Below, piece after piece: positions 32,062 through 47,000 of a DNA stretch of 64,000 bases (within the stretch, counting starts at the first letter, position 1; each line of letters opens with the position of its first letter). The translations under genes and the position numbers were made by a program. Below the pieces are notes generated by a model. The model ran no database searches and was not told where the DNA came from. It saw only the letters and a program-made list of their open reading frames with translations. The stretch comes from the human T2T-CHM13v2.0 reference genome, Homo sapiens, in NCBI RefSeq assembly GCF_009914755.1, contig NC_060941.1. One strand, written 5' to 3'.

Positions 32062-32927
32062 CTAATTGTACACTTATTAGAAAGCTCTCTTTCCTATTCT
32101 ATAATCCATAAGCCTCCTAACAGCATCTCTTAACAGGCTGTGGTAGGGTGTCCTTTCATTCTAGGCGAGAAAAACTCTCACCTGTTTAAAAACAAAGTGT
32201 GTCATCCCTGACAACTCTCCATTTATTATATGAAATACACAGAAGGCTGTTCAGTCAAAAACTCAAAATAGAGTTTTAGCTATTTCCGGAAACCTGGTTT
32301 ACACTCTGCTCCACTCCTTACTGGCTTAAGTGATTTGGGACAAACTGAAAGCATCTCAGGACCTTGAGGAATCCTCAGACACGTTTAATTAAAAATATAT
32401 GCAAAACATAAATAAAATTTTTAAAACCTCATATGCTTCCCAACTAGGGTGAACATACAATATTTAACTACTATTAATGTTTTATTATAATTTTTCCTTC
32501 TAAAACTTTATTGGTTTGTCTTTATTATTGTCATAAGCTATAAAACATACATATATATGTATGTTTTTACATAAATATAGTGTCTAGATCCCTTTCAATG
32601 CATTTATACACGCACCCTAAACATCCCCCCACACACACACACAATCTTTTTTCTAAATTCACTCTTGTATCAAAGTTAAAATATTGGAAAGCAAAGTAAC
32701 CAGGAAGCAACATATTGAGGCTACCTTAGCTTAGGTCTCTACAATATGCCAAAGCACATCTTAATATAATAACTTTCAGCTTTTATTGAAAGTCAAAATA
32801 AGAAATAGTCTGCATTTTCTGCAAAATGACTATTGAAGATCTTGTCAGAAAAAAACAATCATTATTTTATTTTAAAATTTGGTGCCATGAGAGATCTTTT
32901 TGGGGTGATAGAAATGTTCTAAAATTG

Positions 32928-33234
32928 TGCTTGGGGTGGTGGCTCACACCTGTAATCCCAGTATTTTGAGAGGCCTGAGGTGGATGGATCACTTGAGCTC
33001 AGGAGTTTGAGACCAGCCTGGGCAAAATGGTGAAACCCCGTCTCTACCAAAAATCCAAAAAAATTAGCTGAGCATGGTGGCACATGCCTGTGGTCCCAGC
33101 TCCTCAGGAAACTGGGGTGGGAGGATCGCTTGAGCTTGGGAGGTCAAGGTAGCAGTGAGCCGAGATCAGCCCACTGCTGTCCAGCCTAGGTGACAGAGTA
33201 AGGCCTCGTCTCAAAAAAAAAAAAAAAAAAAAAG
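32928..33234 (+). mobile_element. Alu (AluJ-like) inserted in an old L1 3' fragment
   Basis: 17-bp TSD gaaatgttctaaaattg. Confidence 0.9.
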
Positions 33235-34024
33235 GAAATGTTCTAAAATTGAACTATGGTGATGGTTACAAAACACAAAACTCTGTGAATTTACTAAAAA
33301 TCATATATTGTGCACTTAAAACAAGTTATTTTTATGGTGTGAGAATTGTACCTCAATAAAGCTATTTTCTTTAAAAAGAAAAAAAACTGATGTCAGGAAA
33401 AGATTACTTCTTCTGGAAAACCTGTTCATATGATTTTATAAGGCAATGAGAAACTAAGTAAACAGAGCTAATACACGTATATAATATAGTCGTTATAATA
33501 ATAATATTAATAATACATATATAACAGACACTATTCTAAATGCTTTATATTAACTCTTCTAAGCCTCTCAATAATCTTAGAGGGAACATCTTATTATCTT
33601 ATTAATCATCCTCATGTTACAGATGTAAAGCCTGAATCACATGGAAATTAAGCATCATGCCTAAGGTCACACAGTAATTTAAGCTAGAAGTTGGACGGAT
33701 GACAACCGGGTCCAGAGTCCATGCTCTTAACCCACACTAAATTCAAACTGTTCCCAAAACCACCTAAAAGAGTTCAAGTCAAAGCAAATTTAGAATTTAA
33801 ATACAGAAATACTTTTATATCTAGTATAATAATATCTACCATTCTCCACATTTGTTATATTTTAATTACATGTTAATATGTTTACAAGTCATTTTAAGTC
33901 TGTTCTAGAAGTAAAGACAAATATTTTATTCATCATTTCTTATAATACTTTCACTGTATCAGTGTTTTATAAATGCAGGAAATATTTACTTGCTGAAATG
34001 AACTCCAATAGAAATTACTAAATT

Positions 34025-34326
34025 CTTTTTTTTTTTTTTTGAGACGGAGTCTCGCTCTTTCACTCCAGCCTGGGCTGGAGTGCAGTGGCACTATTTGGCT
34101 CACTGCAAGCTCTGTGTCCTGGGTTCACGCCATTCTCCTGCCTCAGCCTCCCGAGTAGCTGGGACTATAGGCGCCTGCCACAGCACACGGCTAATTTTTC
34201 GTATTTTTAGTGGATACGGGGTTTCACCGTGTTAGCCAGGATGGTCTCGATCTCCTGACCTCGTGATTTGCCCACCTCGTCCTCCCAAAGTGCTGGGATT
34301 ACAAGCGTGAGCCACCACGCCCGGCC
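34025..34326 (-). mobile_element. AluY-like element
   Basis: AluY diagnostic motifs. 15-bp TSD agaaattactaaatt at 34010-34024 and 34327-34341. Confidence 0.92.
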
Positions 34327-34389
34327 AGAAATTACTAAATTATTTTTCCTATATTTACTCATTATTTGAGTGATATAATCCTGAAAGCA

Positions 34390-36240
34390 TTTTTTTTTTT
34401 TACTTAACTTTTAAGTCTGGGGTACATGTGTAGATTTGTTATATAGGTGAACTTGTGTTATGGGGTTTGTTGTACAGATTATTTCATCACCCAGGTATTA
34501 AGCCTAGTACCCGTTAGTTATTTTTCCTGATCCTCTCCTTCCTTCCATCCTCCATCCTGCCATAGGACCCAGTGTGTGTTGTTCCCTTCTATGTGTCCAT
34601 GTGTTCTTGTTCTTATCATTTAGCTCCCACTTATGAGTGACAACATGCGGTATTTGGTTTTCTGTTCCCACATTAGTTTGCTAAGGAGAATGGCCTCCAG
34701 CTCTAGTCATGTTCCTGCAAAGGACATGATCTCATTATTTTTTATGGCTGCATAGTATTCCATGGTGTATATATACCACATTTTCTTCATATAATCTATC
34801 ACTAATAGGCATTTAGGTTGATTCCATGTCTTTGCTATTGTTAATATTGCTGCAATAAACTTACATGTGCATGTGTCTTTATAATAGAACACGATTTTCT
34901 ATTCCTTTGGGTATATACTCAGTAATAGGATTGCTGGGTCGAATGGTACTTCTGCTTTTAGGTCTTTGAGGAATTGCCACACTGCCTTCCAATGGCTCAA
35001 CTAATTTACACTCCCAACAGTGTATAAGTGTTCCTTTTTCTCTGCAACCTCACTGGCATCTGTTTTTTTTTTTTGTCTTTTTAGTAATAACCATTTTGAC
35101 TGATGTAAGATGGTATCTCATTGTGGTTTTGATTTGCATTTCTCTAATGATCAGTGATGTTGAGCTTTTTTGCTTTTTTGCTTTTTTTTTTAAACTGTTA
35201 AGAAAATGTTTGTGGTTTTATTGTATCATGAGGCATTGAAACATCTGAACAAATCAATGTCTGGGCGGGGTGAGGCAGCTGCTTTCTCCTTCACTTCTTT
35301 GGATTACTAGAGCAACTTGTCAGTAGATTAAAAAAAAAAAAAAAAAAGGATAACCTTTTGCATTACGTAAGTCTTTCCAAGGCATGCACTGGTACAACAC
35401 AAACTTCTCCCGTAGATGGAACTAGTCTAGCGTCCAAACATCATGCATAACACTTCGGTGGCAGCAGAGCACTGCGCCCACTCTCACCGTGGTGCTGCTC
35501 ATTTGTGCATGATATTTGGAGCATCTGGAGGAGCAGGAATAGTATTGGGAAGAGGAGGGAGGAGGAAACAGCGTGTCTGGCTGAGAGGAGGTCAGCTGAA
35601 GTTGTGCAGGGCAAGCCTGAACATGTCATTGGTGCAAACCCAAGCATCGTTGATGTTCTTTAATAGGAACATCTGGTGGAACCCCATGATGGGGTCTTCA
35701 TGTCTTAAGCTGGTCCACAACCATGCTGATGATGCAGCTATCTGGCATGGGCTGATCGTCCTGCGCTGTGATGCTGTGCTGGATTTTCTGGAACGGAAGG
35801 CTAGACAACTTCTCTACAATGGCAGCTTTCCATGGAACTGTTGTCCTTCCCACATAAGGCATGACACGTCAATGTAAATTGCGCCTAGTTGGGTTCTATC
35901 ATTATGAAATAACTGGTAGCAACGTTGAATGAAGCTGGATCCAATCTGCTCCCAAATGGGCTTGTCTCCCACTCTGGAGCGTCACCCGGCCTCAGGGAGA
36001 CCTGAGGGGCTGGCACAATGGCAGCAGCGGTGGCAGCAAACCAGTGTGGTCTGCGTGAGCTTTTTTTCATATGATGGTTGACCACATGTATGTCTTCTTT
36101 TGAAAAGTCTATTCATGTCCTTTGCCCACTTTTTAATGGGTTTTCTTAATTGTAAATTTAAGTTCCTTATAGATGTTCGATATTAGACCTTTGTCAGATG
36201 CATAGCTTGCAAATATTTTCTCCCATTCTGTAGGTTGTGT
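34390..36240 (-). mobile_element. L1PA 3' fragment split by the NUTF2 retrocopy
   Basis: L1 3'UTR/ORF2 end at 34390-35171 resumes seamlessly at 36067 (...gatgttgagc ttttttt catatga...). Confidence 0.9.
35172..36055 (-). pseudogene. Processed pseudogene of NUTF2 (nuclear transport factor 2)
   Basis: Intronless copy: 5'UTR, CDS remnant 35972-35592 ([15 protein letters not shown]...[33 protein letters not shown]) and 3'UTR. Start ATG is changed to GTG, with a 1-nt and a 2-nt deletion (381 vs 384 nt) and an early TAG. AATAAA at 35222-35217, poly(A) remnant 35172-35191, TSD tgagctttttt at 35161-35171 and 36056-36066. Confidence 0.95.
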
Positions 36241-38479
36241 TTCTTTTCATATTCTAGTGAACTACTACTGTACATATACTTAATACTAACTGAAAAATAG
36301 AAAGCTTGTCCACATTAGTGTCAGGGTTAAAAATATTTAGAATGTTTATGACAATGCAAAAAGAGTTTAAAATATCAGAATAAATATGTTAAGGCATTTT
36401 TGTATTTATTGTAAAAACGGAGTTTGAAAAATTAATCAAAAAGATGGTTTTGGAAGTTTTAATTGAATACTTTAAAATAGACTATACACTGTCTCAAAAT
36501 AATTCTTCATTATGTTTACAGCACCAAAAACTTAAAAAATTAAATTTGATAACACAAGAATATTGAAAAAGGAATAAACCAAACTTATACTATCCACATT
36601 TGTTGTTTATGAATTTTAACTCCTCCGAAAATACTATTTGGTTTTATACCATCATTTTCCTTTCATTACAGTCTATTTAGTTCCCCATATGCTTTAATTA
36701 CTTATCTTTGAAAAATGAAAAATGAACATGTACAACTCATACCATTAAAGTTTCAGATAACTTTCCATTTCTGGAGGCTATTAAAATTATTTTCTACAGT
36801 AAAAAACGAAATAGGAAGCAAAAGTATTTAATACATATGTAGAACAAAAATTGAAAAGAATAGTAAGGCAACAACATTAAACTAGTTTCATTTTTAGAAA
36901 CAATAGCAACAGGCAAATTAGCTTTAAGGAGTTAGCATTTAAAGTGAAACATGCTAACTACAATCCTCCTTCTTAAATAATGATAGGTTCTGAAATATCA
37001 ACTTGAGCTCTAAACCAAAGATGAGTTGACAGTTTCAATTGCTTGGAGAACTCTAAATATCAAGCACATCATCCTCTCATAGAAAAATTCCCAGCCTTTG
37101 TCTTTGATACAATTACTGTGTCAGAATAAAGCCACTCAACTTTTCCATTAACATCTCAAACACATTATATATCATCCCAATTCACAAGACTATCCCTACA
37201 TGGTCGCAAAATTCTATAATCTGAGAGAATCAAAGAACTTGACACTTAGAAGTCATTAGGAGAAAAGGAAAGGTATTCTATGGAAAGAGTATATCTGGTC
37301 ATGTAACAAGGTGAAGAAAGACAGCTGGGAAATAGAAAAGAAAGAGACAAAACTAGTAGAGACCAGCATCTCTACAGAGACAGGAGAAGATGGGACCAAA
37401 ATCCCAGGATAATTTATTCTCCACTTTTCCTTCACAACTCAGTTAAAGACTTTTCCTTCTCTAAGATGCCTCCCATTACCAGTCCATCTTACTGATTATT
37501 ACCTTATTATGTTTTTAAAGTATTTTGCTTTATACAGCATGTATCATGTTTTTATATGTATATAAATTCATATTTATATATCCCGGTTTTCTCTGATAGC
37601 CTCTCTACTATATATTCAACATGCACAGAAGAAATAAACCCTTATTAAATGAATGAAAGAAATAATAACTACATGGATAAATAACACTACATTCTAAAAC
37701 TGAGATTTTCCTTCTTTGCATATTTTTAAAGAAAAAATTTTGTTAATAGTCAAGGCAAATTTCTACATCACAAAGCTGTCTTGCAGCAAAATGGAACTGT
37801 CTCTGGGCCAACCAGATCTAACGCTATTCTTAGATTCAAAAGCAGCAGCAGTCACAATATTCTCCTTTGGGAAAACAGCCAACTTGTGCTGTTTACTTTG
37901 AAGTTAGACCTCACAATAATTTACTCTTTTACTTTCAGACTACATTATTACTACTATGCTGGGTACTGTACTCTTAAGATCATCCAGACATTTAGCCAAA
38001 ATGAAGGTATTAACTATATGGAAGATGGATAAAAAATCTACAGAAGAATTTTATTTAACATTCTAAAATATCTTCTTTTAACTCCAAGCAAAATTCAGTA
38101 TTTTGGCAAAGACTTTTGAAGTACCTAAAGAGGGTTACTTGGCTCAGAAAATGATTATGTTATATATAGAAAACTGCAGAAACTTCAGGGCTCTTTGACT
38201 ATCTACCAGCACCACTAAAAGATACTATATTGTTATATACATAAACTCCTAATATCACACTGAAACAATCAGTCTGAACTTTAATTGCTGTTATGGTCAA
38301 CAAGTTAATACCTAGTTATTCTAAGTACTTCAAATGCCTAACCTGGACTGGAAAATCATTAAGAACATCATTACATCTTGAGCTGTCTTCTAAACCTTTT
38401 ATTTCCTTTAGTATGATATTACAATGTGTAAACATTGTAGGTACTAAACAAATATTTGTTGTCTTACTGCTATTTAAAG

Positions 38480-38800
38480 CAAAGGTCCCAAACCCCTGGG
38501 CACCATACAGGTCCATGGCCTGTTAGGAACCAGGCCACAGCAAGAGGTGAGCCCCGGGCAAGCCAGCATTGCCACCTGAGCTCCACCTTCTGTCAGATTA
38601 GATTCTCACAGGAGCGTGAACCCTATTGTGAACTGTGCCAGCCAGAGATTTAGCTTGCACACTCCTTATGAGAATCTAATGCCTGATGATCTGAGGTGGA
38701 ACAGTTTCATCCCAAAACCATTCCCCACCCACCCCCTATCCATGGAAAAACTGTCTTCCATGAAACCGGTCCCTGGTGCCAAAAAGTTTGAGGACCACTG
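38480..38800 (+). mobile_element. MER1B-like hAT DNA transposon
   Basis: Ends ggtcccaaaccc and gtttgaggaccactg, internal consensus ctgttaggaacc and gagaatctaatgcctgatgatctgaggtggaacag. Confidence 0.9.
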
Positions 38801-39045
38801 ACTGAAAGAAATTACCCCTTCCTTAGATTTATAAAATATAAATCAATAAACCAATGAAGAAATGAAGAAAGGATAAAGAAATTTAAAAAGAACAAAGGCA
38901 AAGTGGAACAAGAGAGAAAAAATATGGTAAATTTCATAAAGTTCATGGAGAAATCTTCATGAAGAAAGTAGTTAATTATTTTAAAGAGAAAAAATGAACT
39001 AATGAAGAATAGAGAGCATCCTATTCATTAAAAAAAGAAAGACTG

Positions 39046-39353
<308 letters not shown>

Positions 39354-40536
39354 CTACCCTAGTTTTGTTCAATATTTATTTGACTTAATATCTAATGAAT
39401 ATTATTGTTCTCTCCTGATTTCATCTAATTCATATTGACAAGGTAAACAAATAAGTCCCTCTGTAGATAAAAATATGGATGTCTTGTGATGCCATAGTTT
39501 ATAAATCACATTAAAACGTTCTATTCAGGAACTGAGCCAATATATTTTATTAACAAGCAAAGTGAGACAGAAGGAATGGTTATGCAATCTTCCCAGGCAG
39601 AATTCGATACTAAATGTGTTTGATCTTGGGTATTCTTTTTGGCCTTTCTTTAAGTCATTCTTATTTGCAGGTTTAGGGAAGCAAGTAAAATAAAATTACT
39701 GATTCTCTGGGAGTTAGCTAGGTATATTGAGCTCAAGAAAGCTTCTCCTCTTAAATCACTTTCTTGGGTCAGTCACCGTATTGACCTTCCTCCAATTAAA
39801 CTCTTATCATTCTGTACCAAATTGCCAAATGTCTTGAATATTTCTCCAACTAGACTATATGGTTCTATGGGAACGTACTGAACATTGGCTGACACATGAT
39901 GGGAACTCAATATTTATTGAGTTCAGACCTCACAATAATTTATGTTTTAAGTTATCTAAATGAATCAATGTTTTTTCAGCTAAAAACTGCAAGGTCAAAC
40001 CTAGTAATAGGAGAGCCCAATCAATTTAGTAAATGAATGGAGAAGACAAATAAAATCTAATATTTTAATGTATGCCTAAGTACAGTAAAACATTAAAATA
40101 CTGAGTATATCATAAGACAAACTCTTTCCTAAATAATGCCTGTATAGTAATCCATTTTCAAATATAACAACTGGAACATTTCATTTCCCAAACTGCTCAA
40201 CAAAATCTATGGAGGAATTTCTAAATGTCCTAAGACCTAAATCTCATTTTTTAAAAAATATGTTTTCGCTTAAGAGGGAGAGAGCATCTGAAACCACTAA
40301 GTTCTATTTTTTTACATTCCTATCACTTAAAAACAGCTGAACTGATTTTTCTTTTAAAAAAAAATTACTGGCTAGTAATAAAATCTTGAAGATAGAGATT
40401 TGTGATGGGAAACTGATGCAAACGAATCCATAGCAAAGCTCTTATAAAAATATAGTGTTTAGGTCCCAGTTACTTAATTTGGCTCACAGTTTAATAAAGG
40501 GTAGTTTTAAATCAAATGCATTACAATTTTACTCAC

Positions 40537-40616
40537 TTCAAAGCTTCCTCAAATTTATGAATTTTCTTTTGAGTATCTTCTTTTCCTTTATCAAGTTCAC
40601 TCTGCAAGTCATGAGC
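40537..40616 (-). CDS. CEP112: CEP112 coding exon, 80 nt (AHDLQSELDKGKEDTQKKIHKFEEAL+AA)
   Basis: Acceptor ttcttgtcatggcag| and donor |gtgagt, phase 0-2. The next canonical exon (recalled EKEEQLTRV...) was not found, so it lies below position 1. Confidence 0.95.
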
Positions 40617-41177
40617 CTGCCATGACAAGAACATGGAAAATTTATTGGAAGACAAGTAAAGTTTACTTCAAAGAGACATACAAACAATGAAACAGTGATC
40701 ACAAATCCATTTTTAATATAAAATTAGATTTAGATATTTCAAGATAGAAACTTGGTCTACCATAGAATGATTTCAATACTATACTATACTCAAATACCTA
40801 TTTTCTGTTCAAAATGAATTTCTTGAGTCTACCGGCAGGTGAATTCTTTTAAAATAAATTCATAACTTAAAAGAAAATAAAAAATGGAATACTTCAGATT
40901 TTTTAAATTATATTTTAATCAAAGAAAAGAAATCTTACAAGATTCAAGAGAATACAATAAACAATGTGTCTATATTCCCTGAACACATAATGGTTATGAT
41001 GAAATGGTCTTCTCTTCCACTGCTGGGAATAATTTGTATAACTATTTACTGAGTTTGGAAGGAAACTGCCACCCCTCCCCACTCCCCCCAACATGCCTAC
41101 CTCTTTCCTAAATGTGGATCATTTGAGTAAATGAGATGGCAGCATCAATAACAAGGGTGAAATGAAAATTTGTCTTC

Positions 41178-41489
<312 letters not shown>

Positions 41490-43214
41490 TCATATGCATA
41501 TGCAGATAAACATAGCCAATGTGGACATTTTACGGATCTTAAAATGTAAAAGGGAAACTTTGGTACAGCTGGATGAAAAGGAAGGAATGAAACAGCAGCC
41601 ATGGCTCTACATACATGGCAACTGAGGATGCAGAGCCCAGCTGGGAGGTGGGAAAGCTCAAGTTACTTGGTGGGGTGGGAAAACCCGCTACAGACCTGCT
41701 GGTAAGCAAGGTAAGGCTGAAAGTGAAACGAGTGGCCAACAGGTTTAAGAGAGAAACGACAAGAACAACAACAAAACATAAATACACTATGACAAACCAT
41801 ATCAAACACTGAATCAGGGCTAGCCAAAAATACCTGTAGTTAGCTATTTATATCAGTTTAAATGGAGACCTATTTAACTCAAACCCTATCTTTAACCTCT
41901 TCTTTTAAAAATTCTTTTGGATTTCTGCTCTCAGTGTTTTAGTAAATAAATAAATTAATAAAATCAATGTTTGCTTATAAACTGAAAGAAAGTGAGGGTA
42001 GACAGGACATTTTCCAAGATAATATCGAAAAGCTTCTATGGGCTGCTATGATGATAATCTCAAAAGTAAGAATACACTGAGAGGCAGAGAAGAAAAAGCA
42101 AGAGAATTAGGAACCTGTAGCCACCCTCCCCCATATTTTAAATGGTAAATTTAAAGTATCTCATAAAGACTATTTGTCTTATGAGAAAGAGAAAGAGCAA
42201 CTTGCCTTGCAAATTTTTGCCACTACATTTATTTTATCTTACATGCAGGAAAAAGAAGTCTGCTGTTCAAGTTTTTACCATGTTCAAGTGTTTAATTATT
42301 ATTTTGGATCCCTAATATGTATTACAGTGTTTGGCACATAGTAAGCATACTATACTAGAGTACAAACATTACTAAAGCAACAAAAGCACCATTTCAACGC
42401 AAATCCAGTCTTTTTAATGTAGAGAGTCAAAGACTAAAACCTCAAAATGAAATTCAGATATGACCTAATACAAAGATCCTGGAAACATGTTTTTATATCA
42501 GTAAAAAATAAAATCTTAAGTGAAAAATCACCCACCAATTTAGGAAAAACACACAGAGAAAAGTCAATGTATTCAAGTGAAAGGGTGGGGGAAGGACAAT
42601 TCAGAAGAAAGTTAAAGGGAGAAACTAATATGTGAGATGTTATCTTACACTGGTGTTTACTTATACATATTCACCTCTCCTTTTGCTTTAATCGTTCTTT
42701 CTTAGTCAAGTTCTCTCGCAAGTTGAATTTGGCCCAAATCATACATTTTTTTCTTAGATTTATTGCTAGCACTAAAATACTATTTATGCCGTTTTTTCCT
42801 GTTTCCTAATTTTTTATGTTACTTTTTATACATGGCATTTTTGTTACTGTCCTCAACTCCTCCATGTTCTGACAGATTGACACATAGAGACAGAAAATGA
42901 CTTTTCCAGCTTTATTGCCATATAATTGGCAAATAAAATTATACATCTTTGAGGTATACAACATGGTGTTTTTAAAATTTATTTTAATTGAAAAATGACA
43001 AATCGTATATACATATGTGTGAAGTTTTGATATATGTATACATTGTAGAAATATTAAATCAAGCTAAGTCACATATTCATATCATACATATACTTATTTT
43101 TGTGATGAGAACATTTAAAGTTTGTTCTCTTAGCAATTTTCAAGTATACTACAGATTATTATTAATAATAATCACCATATTATATCTCCAGATACTTATT
43201 CCTCCTGTCTAAAA

Positions 43215-43495
43215 CTTTTATTTTTGAGACAGGGTCTCACTGCCACCCAGGCTGAAGTACAGTGGCACAATGGTAGCTCACTGTAACCTCAAACTCCTGA
43301 ACTCAGGTGATCCTCCCATATCAGCCCCCCAGGTAGCTAGGACTACAGGCATGCACCACCACACCTGGATCATATTTTTTTAGAATCAGGGTCTCACTAT
43401 GTTGCCCAGTCTGGTATAAAATGCCTGCCCTCAAGTGAACCTCCCTCGGCATCCAAAAGTGCTGGGATTTTAGTCATGAGCCATTCTGACCAGCC
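43215..43495 (-). mobile_element. Alu (AluJ-like) inside L1
   Basis: Diverged Alu consensus, flanked by ctaaaact. Confidence 0.85.
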
Positions 43496-44041
43496 TAAAC
43501 TAAAACTTTGTACCCTTTAACCAGCATCTACCCATTCCCTGACACCTCTCCCCACCCAGCCCCTGGTAACCACCATTCTATTATCTGATTCTAGGAGTTT
43601 GATTGCTTTTTCAGATTTCATGTATAAGGGAGATAATGCAGTACTTGTCCTCCAGGACCTTCCACGTTATTGCAAATGACAGGATTTTCTTTTTTAAGGC
43701 TGCATAGTATTCCACTGTATATATATATATACCACAGTTTCTTCCATCCATAGATGAACACTTAGGTCAATCCCATTCATCCACAGATAAATATATAGCT
43801 TGATTCCATATTTTGGCTCTTGTGAATAGTGCTGCAATGAACATAGGAGTGTAGATATCTCTTAAACATACTGATTTCATTTCCTTTGGATATAAACCCA
43901 GAAGTGGAAATTGCTGAATGACACAGTAGTGCTATTTTTAATTTTTTGAGATACTTCCATACTGTTTGCCATAATGACATTCCCACCAACAGAGTATAGA
44001 CGCTCTCTTTCTTCCACATCCTGGCCAACACTTGTTATCCC

Positions 44042-44044
<3 letters not shown>

Positions 44045-44075
<31 letters not shown>
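44045..44075. repeat. (TG)n microsatellite within L1
   Basis: About 15 TG units. Confidence 0.95.
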
Positions 44076-44078
<3 letters not shown>

Positions 44079-47000
44079 GCAAAAGCCATTCTAACAAGTG
44101 TGAGGTGATATTTCATTTTAGTTTTGATTTGCCTTTCCCTGATGATTAGTGATGTCGAGAATGTTTCATATACCTGTTATTTGTATATCTTCTTTGGAAA
44201 AGTGTCTATTCAAGTCCTTGGCCCATTTTTTAAACATCAGGTTATTTGTGTTTTTGCTATAAAGTTGTTTTAGTTCCTTATATATTTAGGATATTAGTCC
44301 CTTATCAGATAAATGGTTTGCAAATATTTTCTCCCATTCTGTAGTTTGCCTCTTCACTCTGTTGACTGTAAATCTTTGCCACTTTGTATATCCAGAATGG
44401 TATTTTCCAGGTAAACTTTCAGGATTTCTACAGTTTTCAGTTTTACATTTAAGTCTTTAATCCATATTGACTTTATGTTTGCTTATGGTATAGGGAAAGG
44501 GTCCAGTTTCAATCTTTTGTATATGGCTAGCCAGTTATCCCAGCACCATTCATTGAATAGTGAGTCATTTCCCCATTGCTTTTTTGTGTTGACTTTGCTG
44601 AAGATCACACAGTTGAAGGTACGCAGCCTTATTTCTGGGTTCTCTATTCTGTTCCATTAATCTATGTGTCTGTTTTGTACCAGTACCATGCTGTTTTGCT
44701 TACAGTAGGCTTATAATATAGTTTGAAGTCAGGCAATGTGATGCTTCCAGCTTGTTCTTTTTGCTTACGATTGTCTTGGATATTCAATCTCTTTTTTGGT
44801 TCTATATGAATTGTAAAACAGTTTTTTCTAATTCTGTGGAGAATGTCATTAGTGGTTTGATAGGAATAGTATTGAATTTGTAAATTTTTTAGGGGAGTAT
44901 GGCCATTTTAACAATATTGATTCTTCCTATCCATGAGGATGAAGTGTTTTTTGATTTATTTGTGTCATCTCTGATTTCATTGAGCAATGTTTTTTATCCC
45001 ATTGTAGAAATCTTGCACCTCTCTGGTTAGGTGTATTCCTAGGTATTTTATTCTTTTTGTGGCTAATGTGAATGGAACTGCATTCTTGATTTGGTTCTCA
45101 GCTTGGATGTTGCTGGTGTATAAGAATGCTAGTGATTTTTGTACATTGATTTTGTATCCTGAAAAAATATAGCTTTTTTATCAGATGAAGTTGTTTATCA
45201 GATCAAGGAGTTTGGGGTTTTCTAGGCATAGAATCATATCATCCGCAAACAGGGATATTTGACTTCCTCTCTTCCTATTTGGATACCTTTTCTTTCTTTC
45301 TCCTGCCTGATTGGTCTGGCCAGGTTTTCCAGTACTATGTTAAATAGGAGTGGTGAAAGAGGGCATCCTTGCCTTGCTGAGGTTTTCAAAGGTATGTCTC
45401 CAGCTTTTGCCCACTCAGTATTACGTTGGCTGTGGGTTTCTCATAGATGGCTCTTATTATTTTGAGGTATGTTCCTTTAATGCCTAGTTTGTTGAGGGTT
45501 TTTAACATGAAGAGATGTTGGATTTTATCAAAAGCCTTTTCTGCAGCTATTGAGATGATCCTGTGGGTTTTGTCTTTAGTTCTGTTTATGTGATGAATCG
45601 CATTTATTGATTTGCATATGTTGAGTCAACCTTGCATCCCAGGGATAAAGTATACTTGATTGTGGTGAATTAGCTTTTTGATGTGCTGCTGAATTTGGTT
45701 TCCTAGTATTTTGTTGAAGATTTTTGTATCAATGTTTATCAAGGATATTGGCCTGAAGCTTACTTTTTTTGTCGTGTCTCTCTAAGGTTTTGGTATCAGT
45801 ATGATGCTAACCTCACAGGATGAGTTAAGGAGGAGTCCCTCCTCCTCAATTTTTTGGAACAGCTTCAGTAGGAATAGTAGCAGCTCTTCTTTACACATCT
45901 GCTAGAATTAGGCTGTGGATCCCTCTGGTCCTGGGGTTTTTTTGGTTGGTAGGCTTTTTATTACTGATTTAATTATGGAACTCATTATTGGTTTGTTCAG
46001 GGATTCAGTGACTTCCTGGTTCAGTATTGGGAAGTATTCTTGTATGGTTTTTCGCATCTCAATTTCCTTCAGTTCCGTTCTACTTTTGGTTATTTCTTGT
46101 CTTCTGCTAGCTTTGGAGTTGGTTTGCTCATTTCTCTGGTTGCTCTAGTTGTACTATTAGGTGGTTAACTTGAGATCTTTCTAACTTTCTGATATGAGTG
46201 CTAAGCATTATGAACTTCACTCTTAACACTGCCTTTGCTATATCCCAGAGATTCTGGTACATTTTATCTTTAATCTCATTAAAGAATTTCTTGATTTCTG
46301 CCTAAATTGCATTATTTACCCAAAAGTCATTCAGGATCAGGTTGTTTAATTTCCATGTAATTATATGGCTGTCAGCGATTTTCTTAGTATTAATTTCTAT
46401 TTTTAATGCACTGTGGTCCAAGAGTGTAGCTGGTATAATTTTGCTTTTTTTATTTGCTGAGGATTGTTTTGTGTCCAATTGTGTGCTTGGTTTTAGAGTA
46501 TGTGCCATGTGCAGATGAGAAGAATATATATTCTGTTGTTTTGGGTAGAGTGTTATGTAGATGTTATACATGCATTTGGTCAAGTGTCAAATTTGAGTTC
46601 TGAATATCTTTGTTAGTTTTCTCCCTTGATGATCTGACATTTGACTAATACTGTCAGTGGGGTATTGAAGTCTCTCATCATTATTCTGTGGTTGTCTAAG
46701 TCTTTTCATAGGTCTCTAAGAACTTGCTTTATGAGTCTGGGTGCTCCTGTGTTGGGTGCATATATATTTAGGATAATTAGGTTTTCTTGCTGAATTGAGC
46801 AGTTTACCATTATGCAATGTCCTTCTTTGTCTTTTTTGATATTTGTTGATTTAAAGGCTGTTTTGTCTGACATTAGAATAGCAACCCCTGCTTTTTTCTG
46901 TTTTCCATTTGCTTGGTATATTTCTCTCCATCTCTTTACTTTGAGCCTATGGGTGTCACTGCCTCTGAGATGTGTCTCTCAAAGACAGCATACCATTGGG

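Noticed and set aside
35443-35877. 144-aa plus-strand ORF
   Set aside because: It is the antisense reading of the NUTF2 pseudogene.
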